A stretch of 20,000 bases of DNA from Balamuthia mandrillaris. Its lineage: Eukaryota. Numbering within the stretch: position 1 is the stretch's first letter; the number at the start of each line of letters is the position of its first letter. Shown in pieces: positions 1 to 9,998 of this stretch. Position numbers and translations under genes: made by a program. The notes below the pieces were generated by a model, which did no database searches, was not told the origin of the DNA, and worked only from the letters and a program-made list of their open reading frames with translations. The stretch covers positions 178,889 to 198,888 of the forward strand of contig JAVKOQ020000076.1 in the NCBI GenBank assembly GCA_031835245.2, given 5' to 3'.

Positions 1-355
1 GACGGTCATCCAACAGCAACAAGATGTAGGCGACACCCACGTAGCATTCAGGAGCGTTGCGGTCACACACCAGCCCATTAATGAACGCCGTGGAGGCATC
101 CTTCAGGCTTTGCTTGTCCTCGAAGCCGCTGGCCTGCCCCTTTGCCAAGAGATCGATCCCTTGCTCGTGGAGCTCCTTGGCTTTGCCGGGCACGCTGACT
201 TCCTGGCGGCAGGTGGGGCAGGTCATGCCGGCCTGCAGCCAGCCTATGATGCACGGAAGGCAGAAGTTGGTCTTGCAGGCGCAGGAGAGGTGGACGGGGT
301 TACCGGGCGCTTCCAAACAGATCAAACATGTCTTTTCTTCTTCCTTGTCTTCCAT
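1..355 (-). CDS. RING-finger (C4C4-type) protein with a following TPR-like helical region, probable E3 ubiquitin ligase; 3' part lies outside the window
   Basis: Absent from the ORF track because it has no stop in the window. Reading the minus strand from the ATG at 355 gives MEDKEEEKT-CLIC-LEAPGNPVHLS-CAC-KTNF-CLPC-IIGWLQAGMT-CPTC-RQEV...AKELHEQGIDLLAKG...DASTAFINGLVCDRNAPECYVGVAYILLLLDDR. It has eight Cys in RING spacing, the conserved W and CPxC. Confidence 0.85.
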   Translation of the reverse strand, partial: MEDKEEEKTCLICLEAPGNPVHLSCACKTNFCLPCIIGWLQAGMTCPTCRQEVSVPGKAKELHEQGIDLLAKGQASGFEDKQSLKDASTAFINGLVCDRNAPECYVGVAYILLLLDDR

Positions 356-595
356 TCTTGTTTTTCTTTCAGCAAAGAAAAGCAAACATAAACCAACCAA
401 ACTAAAAAAATCGCAAGTTTGTTTCAGATAAGAGAAAATTATAAAATTAAAAATCCAAAAATGGGAAATGTAATAATAAAATAGATGGTTGCTAGGTATC
501 GTATCTACTGTTGCTAGGATATGTAGCAATTCATTTACTGAACGAGGAGAATTCGAACTTTTGGGTTTTTCGTGCATAGGAACGTTTGCGACTCC

Positions 596-1503
596 TCAAT
601 TGGCTTCACCACGACGCAACGGGAAGCTCAACGCTTCCTGTTTAGCAGCAATATACACCACCATTCAGTTTTTCATGTGCACAAAGGAGAGAGAGAGAGA
701 GAGCCAAAAGGCCGTTCACCTGTTTTTGTTGCTTCTTGTCCAATCCCTTTAGGTTGGGAGGAAGAGAAAAGTTAGACATACATGTTTACATTATTATTAA
801 GATCAAGCAAAGAGTCTCGGTACCATTCTGCCACGCCACAACTCAGGAGCAACCTCTGCGTTGCCCTCCACATCGAGCAGCTCCACCAACTTGTTGTTTG
901 GTATAGTTTTAGTTTTAAACGGAAAAATGAAAAAAATAAATAAATGGAGAATGGAACCTTTGGTGCGTTTTCTTCGGAGACATAACCATACCAGTCTCCT
1001 TGAGGATACAAAACAACAACGGCGGCGTACTTGTGTCCTCCTAAATGGCTGCTCTTTCGTACCTTATTTTGCATAACATAAAACAATAAGCAACAAAAAA
1101 AAACATGGAAAAGAAGACCAAAGATAAACCATACCACAACTTGATTCTCGGTGATGCCTTTGTCAGCCAAGGTCTTTTGCAAAGAGTCAACCACTAACGG
1201 TCCTTCTCTTCCGCATCTCGTGTCCCTTTTTTAAAAAGAGCACATTATAAGTCAAACAAACAATACAAAGAACCAAAAGAAAAAATAGAAAACAAACCTG
1301 TTTGCGTGGCAACAAACCAAAAACATGTGCTGAGGCTCAAAAGAGATATGTTTAACTCTGAAAAGTAGAATTGATGAGTTGCAAACACATAAAGAAATAA
1401 GATAACGTCGAGTGAATGCACCTTTCGCAGACCTTATTGCCCACGAAATGATCCTCCACTATACTCTGTTTGTCTCCACCAAAATAAATACAATAAAAAC
1501 ACA

Positions 1504-1548
<45 letters not shown>

Positions 1549-1578
1549 GATCCGAGACGAGATGAGACGCTAGAGAGA

Positions 1579-1623
<45 letters not shown>

Positions 1624-2376
1624 CTCCAAATCACGTTCAGTTACACCAACATAACGAATCCTTTCAGGAAAGACGAGAAGATCAACGGTAGCTTCAGAGG
1701 GGGAAGAGGCTTCGGAGGAGATGGGAGCTTCATCGCAGTTCGTAACTATAGTTTTTTTCTGGATTTGGTCCTTTCTGGCTTTGACGAGAGCGCCCAACTT
1801 ATTTGCAAAGGATGAGGCTACACGTACGAAAATGAGTCTAGGTGCAGAAGCAGAGGCAGCAGCAGAAGACGAAGGAGGAGGAGGAGGAGGAGGAGGAGGA
1901 GAAGAAGAAGAAGAAGAAGAAGAAGAAGAAGAAGAAGAACAGGAAGAAGAAGAGAAAGAACAGGAAGAAGAAGAAGAAGAAGAAGAAGAAGAAGAAGAAG
2001 AAGAAGAAGAACAAGAAGAACAAGAAGAAGAAGAAGAAGAAGAAGAAGAAGAACAAGAAGAACAAGAAGAAGAAGAAGAAGAAGAAGAAGAAGAAGAAGA
2101 AGAACAAGAAGAAGAAGAAGAACAAGAAGAAGAAGAAGAAGAAGAAGAAGAAGAAGAAGAAGAAGAACAAGAAGAACAAGAAGAACAAGAAGAACAAGAA
2201 GAAGAAGAACACGAAGAACACGAAGAACAACAACAAGAAGAAGAAGAAGAACAAGAAGAACAAGATCAAGAACAGGAACAAGAACAACAAGAAGGAAGGG
2301 ATCAAACTGTCAGAGGATATTTTAGCTGGCCAATACTTCACACAAATATTAAATCAGTATTTTTGAGAAAAGAAAG

Positions 2377-2426
<50 letters not shown>

Positions 2427-2759
2427 AGAGAGTGAGTGAGTGAGACAGAGAGAGAAGAAAGGACTCACATCAGGACTCTGGCCGGTACAAATCAGAACGT
2501 GACGCTCGTACAGGCCAACCGTGGCCAACAAGGAAGGGTTGAACGGGCCACAGCCCCCTTCAGCCGCTGTTTTACCGCATTCACACGTTTCCTCCTTCTC
2601 GGCGGCGCTTTGGAAGGCCACCACCTCCTTCTCTCCCTCTGCTCGCTGGCTGCTCTGCCTTTGCTTCTTGTGGGTGTAGTAGATGTGCAGCGCGATGGCA
2701 AAGCTTCCTGCCAACAAAAGACCTTGGACTTTATCTCGTTCGGACCAAGTTTTAAACAT
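596..2759 (-). CDS. Sucrase/ferredoxin-like (thioredoxin-like ferredoxin, Aim32/Apd1 family) [2Fe-2S] protein, about 315 aa, 10 exons
   Basis: Exons 2759-2469, 2335-2308, 1817-1624, 1465-1422, 1357-1298, 1225-1135, 1062-958, 889-824, 746-720, 637-596. All introns are GT-AG and the frame is kept. Family motifs appear in order: YERHVLICTG, YWPAKI, DLLVFPERIRYVGV, VCCHANRDTRCG..GP, SSHLGGHKYA..VLYPQGDWYGYV, LWRGRMGL. Confidence 0.92.
1505..1618. repeat. (GA)n/(CT)n microsatellite in intron 3 of the ferredoxin-like gene
   Basis: Two long GA dinucleotide tracts inside intron 1623-1466. Confidence 0.95.
1871..2296. repeat. (GAA)n trinucleotide repeat with CAA/CAG interruptions and a (GGA)n block, filling intron 2 (2307-1818) of the ferredoxin-like gene
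   Basis: Repeat is directly visible. It is bounded on the minus strand by donor GTTTGA (2307) and acceptor GTGTAG (1818); splicing joins YWPAKISSD to TSSFANKLGAL in frame. Confidence 0.95.
2381..2425. repeat. (GA)n microsatellite in intron 1 of the ferredoxin-like gene
   Basis: Perfect GA tract inside intron 2468-2336. Confidence 0.95.
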
Positions 2760-2839
2760 CTTCGTTTGTTGTTGCGATCGTTCTCTTTCTTCTGCTTTCT
2801 TTTTGTTTATAAGACCAGTGAAAGAACAGCTGCCGGAGG

Positions 2840-2885
2840 TGACGTCATATATCACCGCCACACAAAGTGAGCTCTGGTGACGTCA
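2840..2885. promoter_or_regulatory. Pair of perfect CRE/bZIP palindromes (TGACGTCA) upstream of the ferredoxin-like gene
   Basis: TGACGTCA at 2840-2847 and 2878-2885, both in a GGTGACGTCAT context, about 80-125 bp upstream of the ATG at 2759. Function is inferred. Confidence 0.5.
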
Positions 2886-4384
2886 TCAGGGAAAAGACGA
2901 TTCCGTGAGGAGCAAATGTTGTCTAAAAGCATTACAGTGGTTTTGTTTATTTGATACAAGAGACAAAAAATAAGGAAGAACAGAAGAAGAGACTTGAAGG
3001 AAGGAAGGCGTTAAGAACAGTTGCTTACTTGCAGGGTTGGTGTTGGTGGAAGCGGTTTGTTGGGTCGAACAACGACGGAGCCCGAGCGTTTGTTGCGGGC
3101 GGGGTCTCGCGCCGACACCATTATCGAGGTTCGGCGCAGGAGAGGTGGGGCCTCCGCTGCTCTTTGTGACTCCGCTGGCAAAGAGAACAATAAGAGGAAA
3201 GAAGCAAAACAAAAGACACGGAGAAAGAAGGAAGGAAGAAGAGAGAAGAAAGAAGCAAGACAAGAATGCATTACCAAGTTCTTTTTTCAAGTCAGAAGCA
3301 GAGTTGGATCGCTTCAAGTTCTTTTGTATGACGGCCTGTCCGGTCTCAGGGTCCACTCTCACGCTCAGCTGATACAACGGGTTGGTTCGTTTGTTGACCC
3401 GTTCTTCCTCCTCTTCAGCGGAGCGAGCGGACGGGTTCACCGTCTGAAACTTTTTCTTGCTTCCTTTTCTCGTTTTCTTTTTGTTGTTGAGGTTGAGAGG
3501 GGATATCTCTTTCTCGCGACTTCCCTTTCGTTCCTTTCTGCTGGTTGACTTTTTGTCGAGGGTGAGAGGCGGAGGTTCGGCGGTTAAGAGCGGATGTTGG
3601 TAGGAGTGGCTTCGAGGAGAGGAGGTGCCTCGTGGCGTCTTTGCCAGGCGTCGCTTTATGGAAGCCTTCTTCTCTCCTTTTAGTCCTCTCTATAGCGTGA
3701 TGTAATGCATTACAAGTTAAAACACAGACCCGATAGGAAAGAAAGAAAGAAAGCACGAAAGACCACAAACCTGACGAGGCTCAACCTTCAACGAAAGTTG
3801 ATACAATTCCTTGTCCGAAGAAACGATGTGTCTCTGCTCCTCTTTGCCATCGTCGATGCTCAAGAAAGCTTGCAACTCTCGAATCGGCTCAAAACGACCT
3901 TCAAAAGAAGGCTGTTGAAACTTGATCAAGTTCTGAAGTATCTTTGTCACAAGTTCCATTTTCATAAAGTTGATTCTTTGTTCTTCCTCCTCTTCTTCCT
4001 TCGCTTTCGTTCCTTCATCCGGTTTTTCTTTCACTGTTGCTTTTATTGCCTCTCTTTTTTCAGTTTCCGCTTCGTTGTTGTGCTCTTCCTCGTTCTCGTT
4101 TCGACGTTTGACGAAGGTTTCGTTCTCGTCGATGAAGATGAGGTCGGAGAGGTAAGCGCCCAGGAAGGGAATAAGCGGAGGCTCACAGGACTGTAGGAAC
4201 TTGCGATACTTTTCAAAGTTGCCCTCTGGGCTGAAAAAGTCTTGAATGATGGCTAACCCTGCCATGTCCTCCGATGCTAACGTCTGGTTTAAGTTTGTTG
4301 TGCAATGAGTTGGTATATATGTGCAACAGTAAACTTAAAAGAAGAAGGAGAAAAACAAAAGAGAAAGAGAACAGAGAGGAACAG

Positions 4385-4433
<49 letters not shown>

Positions 4434-6203
4434 ATGAGAAAAAGAAACTAACCTGCCACGTTCGATGAATCCGTTCGATGCCCGCAGCACTAAGGACGCT
4501 GTTGATGATCATCATGCCCTGAAAGTTTTGCAACTTTTGAAACTCCATGCCGATGCGAATGACTTGAGACAAGCAGGCGGCCCTCTCCAGAATGTCTTCT
4601 CTCTGCATGATTTGCGTTTGCATCCAGTAACTCAACATGTTGAAGCGTTTGATGAGAGTGAGAATGGTGGGAGAGTTTTTGGAGGCCGTCTTTGTCTTTG
4701 TCCATCCGCTGTTGAAGAACTCGGATCGTGGTATAGAAGAGAATAATATAGAATCCTTTTTTTAAAAATGAAAAAATAAAAAGAAAAGTACAAACAAAGA
4801 CTGGAGTTAATGAACAGCAAAGAGAGAGAGAGAGAGATAACTCAAACGACAGAAAGAAAAAATAGAAAAGAAACCTTGATGGTAAGTTGCTGAGCAAACT
4901 GCTCCGGGGTGAATGACATGATATCTATGTTTGAAATGTCGATGGACTCCTCCATTCGTCTCTTTGTTTCTTCCTCTTTCGCCTTCTCTTCTTGTTCCAT
5001 TTTTTCTTTCAAAGCATCCTGTTTAGAATACAAAAAACAAGGTGAGGAGAAGGGAGAAAGAAAGAAGATAGAAGAAGCATCGAGAAGATAGCACCGAAAC
5101 AAAAAAGAAAGGAGAAGGATGAAATGAAGCATCAGCGATAATAAAGTAATCATAGCAGTACACTAAAAATGTACTTCATGTAATACATGCATTGAACCCA
5201 TCATTTGCTTCATAGACAGAGAGAGAGAGAACGAGACAAGAGAGGAGAGAAAACGAGCGAACGTACTCGTAGCTTTTTGATCGCCTCCAACACAACTTCA
5301 CCGCTCCGGTCAGGCGGCTTCAACGTGCCGCTCCAATGTTCGACCATCGGCAAGAGCTTGGCCTTCCGCAAAAAGTCCTCCGGGAACCACTTCAGCCAGC
5401 TCTCCAACAGCCTCAGCACCCTGTTCTGCCGGGCCGCGTCCTCCTTGGCTCGCGCCTCGTTGAACACGTCCACAAGGTCCAACAGCAGCTCCTCGCTCGT
5501 TGTGAAGATGGGGTGCGTCAACAGGAAGACCTGGGCGGAGGAAACGGCTTCGCCTGCTTCTGCTTTCCGTGGCTCGTCGTCCAATGCAATAGAGGAAGAA
5601 GAGGAGGAGAGTATGTGTTTTAACAGAGCAGAAGGAGTGCCCGAGATGATCGTTTTGCGGCCGTTGTTGTGAGCGTCTACATTATATTCGACGTTGTTTT
5701 CAAAGAGATAAGAAGAAGACGAAGAAGTAAGAGAAGAAGAGGAAGAAGAAGTTTTGTTGCTGTTTTGCTTATTACTATTCTTGTCCTCGTCTGTTGTTTT
5801 TTGGTGGTGCTGCTGTTGTTGCTGTGGAGTGGGGGAGGTCACTGGCGTGAGCTGACCGCTGGCTCGAAACCAGGGGTCGTCTGCCTCGCCATCTTCTTCT
5901 TCTTCTTCTTCTTGTTCCTCTCCTTCTGCTTTTTTCTTCTTTGGCTTTGCAAAAACGAAAATATATAAATATATTTAAAAATAAAACAACACATAAAGAG
6001 GGAGATATATGCACCAGAGAAAGTTTTGGGATGGCTAAGCCAGAAGTCTCCTCGTCGCTCTCTTCGTGCCTCTCAAAGTCGTTCTCCTCGTCCGAGTCCA
6101 ATTCCCCCGTCCAATCCCCGGTACCATCCGTTCCGTCGTTGCCCCCGCTCTCCGCCAAACTTCGCGGCTGAGCCTCGCTTCCTTCCGCAGTGGTCGAAGA
6201 CAT
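2845..6203 (-). CDS. Ras guanine-nucleotide exchange factor (REM/RasGEF_N + CDC25 domain), about 821 aa, 8 exons
   Basis: Exons 6203-6015, 5944-5267, 5018-4875, 4755-4453, 4283-3771, 3689-3275, 3174-3029, 2922-2845, all GT-AG and in frame. REM: IISGTPSALLKHIL, FLLTHPIFTTSEELL, RVLRLLESWLKWFPEDF. CDC25: FTPEQFAQQLT, LIKRFNMLSYW, LQNFQGMMIINSVL, RIHRTW, PLIPFLGAYLSDLIFIDE, INFMKM, LYQLSLKVEPR. The last exon is less certain; reading through the last intron would stop at 3011. Confidence 0.93.
4388..4428. repeat. (GA)n microsatellite in a RasGEF intron
   Basis: Perfect GA tract inside intron 4452-4284. Confidence 0.95.
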
Positions 6204-6590
6204 GTCTAAGCCTAAACCAAGTCGGTTCCCCTCTCTCTTCCCAAAGCCAGAACAGTATTCTTTATCTTCTCGCACCCAAAAAAGAACCAAAACAACGTTA
6301 ATTGCGTTACATTTATATATTGGTTTAATTAATGATTATAAGATGAACAATTTGTGCACTTTTTCAGCACCATTGGACCTCTCGGTTTCGAAAATATCGA
6401 AATAAATTCCCGATATTCAGAATTTTAAGTAACAATAATTGATTCGTTAAAAACAATCCAAATATTATCGTGAAAATCTGAAATTATCTGACGAATTTTA
6501 GCAAATTGAAATATATTACGATATATTTTAAACAAAAAAAAATAAAGAAAAAAATGAACAAAACTTTTTAAGAAAAAGAAAAGAAAAGAG
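6204..6590. promoter_or_regulatory. AT-rich divergent intergenic region, probable bidirectional promoter for the RasGEF and EF-hand genes
   Basis: Head-to-head ATGs at 6203(-) and 6591(+) separated by visibly AT-rich sequence. Confidence 0.5.
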
Positions 6591-7702
6591 ATGGAAGGGT
6601 CCACCGCCACCGCCGCCACCACGCAAGAAGCGACGGAGGTCATGAAGTCCGCTCCCTCCATCAAGGCCCTGTTGACCGCGGAGGGGGACGCCACCGAGGA
6701 GTACCTCGCCATCGTCACCGACGTCTTCCGTCGCTTCGACCTCGACAAGGACCAGCTGCTGAGCTTCGAGGAGTTCAACCGCATGCTGGCGGCCGGCGGG
6801 GAGGAGCCGACGGACAAGGAGACCTTCGAGGAGATCGCGGAGGTGTTTGATGACGAGTGGACGGCGCAAGGGGGCAAGGGAGTGTCCGTCAAAGGACTTT
6901 TGGAGATGAGCATCACTTCCATGCTCGCTGTATGTTTCACTTCTATTATTTTGTTGTTTGAGTGTCTTTCTCTTTCTTTTTTTTTTCATTTTTCTTTTTC
7001 TTTTTTTTTAATGTTTTCTTTTTTTTTTTTCATTTCTTTTTTTCTTTTTTCTTTTTTCTTTTTTCTTTTTTTCTTTTTTTTCTTTTTTTTCTTTTTTTCT
7101 TTTTTTCTTTTTTTTCTTTTTTTTCTTTTCTTTTTCTTTTTTCTTTTTCTTTTTTCTTTTTTTTTTCATTTCTTTTTTTCTCTATCTTTTTTTTTTCATT
7201 TTTCTTTTTCTTTTTTTTAATGCTTTCTTTTTTTTCATTTCTTTTTTCTTTTTTTCTGTTTTTCTTTTTTCTTTTTTCTTCTTTTTTCTTCTTTCTTTTT
7301 CTTTTTTTCTTTTTTTCTTTTTCTTTTTTTAAATTTTTCTTTTTCTTTTTTAAATGTTTTCTTTTTCATTTCTTTTTTCTTTTTTTTTTCTTTCTTTTCT
7401 CTTTTTCTTTTTCTTTTTCTCACACTCTTCACCGTGATGAATAGGAGCCAGAAGGAGAACGTCGCCAACTGCTGAAGCTTGGGTACAACATCCCGGAAGC
7501 GGCCTTCCCAGCGGGACCCTCCAAAGAGGAGAAAGAGCTGGACGAGTTCCTGGACGAGACGGACCTCAAAGTCATGAGCCTGAACAAAGGGGACCTTCCT
7601 CCCATCCTGCAGGAGACGCTCGATTCTTCTGCTTCCTCTTCTCATGATGCTGGCAAGAAGGAAGACGAAGAGGGTTCCGCTAGCGAAGAAAAGAAAGAAT
7701 AA
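6591..7702 (+). CDS. EF-hand calcium-binding protein, about 198 aa, 2 exons
   Basis: Exons 6591-6929 and 7445-7702 (GTATGT...ATAG, phase 0). Canonical EF-hand VFRRF-DLDKDQLLSFEE-FNRML, then a degenerate second hand GVSVKGLLEM and EPEGERRQLLKLGY (like the helix after the EF-hand pair in Miro/EFCAB7-type proteins), and an acidic tail. Confidence 0.85.
6965..7420. repeat. T-rich low-complexity tract [(T)nC]n filling the EF-hand intron
   Basis: About 450 nt almost entirely T and C with only a handful of G, inside intron 6930-7444. Confidence 0.95.
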
Positions 7703-7816
7703 ACAAAGTATTGCTCCGCCCAAAGAGGAGAGAGGAGAGCGTTGAATTGTTTTATTAACTGCTTGCGCTGTTATTAATGCCATAATAACAGGGCGGAAGA
7801 AGAAAGGCACCGAACG

Positions 7817-8120
7817 ATGAGCGGCAGCGGTGGGTTATTCGCTTTGTCGTTGGTGCTGGTGGTGGCTCTGGCCTGTTCTGTGGAGACGCGCGCTCAATTC
7901 TTGTCTCCAGACTTTGGCGCGCCGGTCTGCACCATCTCCAGCTATGAAGATTGGCACCTATCCTTGTTCGTTACGTACAGGAGCTTTCTGATCTTTAGCG
8001 CCGGGAATGCCTACGACCAGTCGACCTATCTGTACATATACGACACAAGTGCGTTTATCTCTCTTCTTCTTCTTCTATGTACATCTTCCTTTCAGTTTAT
8101 TGCTCATTCTCTCTTTGTTT

Positions 8121-8156
<36 letters not shown>

Positions 8157-9720
8157 GTTTTTGTTTACAGGAAGTGTTGGTGCGCCCCCAACCGTTCGCA
8201 ATTATGCCTTTCCCAACGCCGCCAACAGAAGCATGACCGTCCTCAACGACCAACTTTACATATGGGGAGGCCATAACATCTATACCAGCAGCGACAGCGT
8301 CTACGTGGTGCCTCTCTCTTCCACATATGGCTTCTCCCTCACTTCCTACGACTATGATACCATCACCCCCTATTACTTTTTTCTCGAGCCGCCAGAGGCT
8401 CATGTGATGGCTGCATGGCCCGAGGCTCAAAGGCTGTACTTTTTTGGTGGCTTCACTGCTTCCTTTGCCTCTTCCATCGAGGCAGTTGTTCCTTTGTTTA
8501 GTCTCTCGTTGGCGTCTGAGGAAGAGAAGAGTCTAGGCTGGCAGCTGGTGTCGAGTGTGCAGAGCTACGGGCCTCCTGCCTTGAAGCACCATTCGGGATG
8601 TGTGAGAAGAACGAGGGAGGGAGCCCTGCTATGGTACATCTTTGGAGGAGCGGTTTGGAGCGTGGAGAATTTGATGCAAACCCCCTTGGATGACCTCTGG
8701 GTGCTTAACTTTGGTTTGTTTTGCTTCTGTGTTGCCTCCATGTTTTTTCTCTTGCTTATGCTTTGTTCTCCGCTTCTTAACGAACAGGCACAGAAACTTG
8801 GACTCAGGTCTTTAAGACGGAAGCGGAGACGGCTTGGCCGGCGGCAAGGTACATGCATGCTGCTGTCACCTCACCGAATAACCTCCATATGTTCGTTCAT
8901 GGAGGGAGAGGTGTGTCTCAGACGTTTGGAGACCTTTGGGGTTTTGACTTTGGTATTGTTCCTCTTGTCTCCTGGTTTCATTTCTCTGCTGTTCTAACCA
9001 ATGTTGTATGGTTATGGTTTTTCTGCTTATTATCAGACACTGAATCGTGGACGTATATTTCTGAAGCTTACTATACTTATGGCCATCACTTAGGGGCCAC
9101 TATCCAGGAGCCTTATATGGGTTTCTCTTTCGTTCAACTTCACTGGTTTATTCCGGATGCCTCGGGTGCTCTGATTTATAGTTCAAGTAACACTTTCTTC
9201 ACTTTTTAAAATGCTTCTCAGTTGATGTTGTTCTTCTTCTTTTGCGTAGTTTTGTTTCCTCATATCTTTGTTTTGTTCTTCTTTTCCTGCTCTTACTTTT
9301 GTAATGCTGGCTCCTACGCTAACAAAACTTAAAATAAATTGTGACACAGGCGTGACAACATACAGTTGTGATGATGCAGTTGTTACCCCAGAAGACGACT
9401 GCGACAACAACGGTCTTAGCGATTTTTGTGAGCTATACGTGTATCTCTCTGGCAGCGATTGCAACTACAACGACATTCTCGATGCTTGCGAACTGGACCC
9501 AACCTCCACGGATTGCGACCACAACGGAATGCTGGATGAGTGCCAACCAGTTCAAGTGCTTTGTTCGCGAGGAGGGGGATCGGATTCGAGGGAAGTGGAG
9601 GACAGCTCGTTGAAACCTCTGTTGATAATTGTGTTTGCGGTTTGTATCAGTGTATTTGGGTTGGCCGCTGCAGTTATCGGTGGCTTCATTCTGTGGACCC
9701 AGTTACGTCCCTCAGCCTAA
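7817..9720 (+). CDS. Type I membrane protein: signal peptide, Kelch-like beta-propeller, three Cys/Asp-rich repeats, single TM helix; about 486 aa, 5 exons
   Basis: Exons 7817-8048, 8171-8713, 8788 (or 8794)-8952, 9037-9186, 9350-9720. Signal peptide GLFALSLVLVVALACS. Kelch blades LYIWGG, LYFFGG, PPALKHHSG..WYIFGG..DDLWVLNF, WPAARYMHAA..MFVHGG..GDLWGFDF. Repeats DCDNNGLSDFCE, DCNYNDILDACE, DCDHNGMLDECQ. TM LLIIVFAVCISVFGLAAAVIGGFILW. Confidence 0.85.
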
Positions 9721-9998
9721 CGTCGATGGGGTGGTATGATAAAGTAAAAACGTTGTTTTAAAAAAACTTGACCCGGTTTGAGGCAGCAAAGATGGCGACA
9801 AGGAGGGCGCAGAGACTGTCTGCGAAACGGCAATTGGAATGCACTTTAGCACTCCGAGGGTGGCAATTGTCTGTTGGGAACGCACCTCTCCTTATTGCAG
9901 CACGCGCAGCTTCCAGTGAAGTGCCTCCTCCTCTTTTAAACAAACGACTCGCACCAGAGACTAAAAGAAGACTTTAAAAAAAAGCATATTGCGTTCGC

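Noticed and set aside
57..431. Plus-strand ORFs of 124 and 93 aa
   Set aside because: Antisense shadows of the minus-strand RING gene.
1721..2443. 240-aa poly-Glu ORF (and poly-Lys/poly-Phe frames) that looks like an acidic secreted protein
   Set aside because: It is the GAA repeat inside intron 2 of the minus-strand ferredoxin-like gene; GAA repeats have no stops in any frame.
6930..7444. Phe/Ser-rich 'membrane' extension of the EF-hand ORF and the 160-aa poly-Phe ORF
   Set aside because: T-rich intron with GTATGT donor and TAG acceptor; splicing gives a normal acidic C-terminus.
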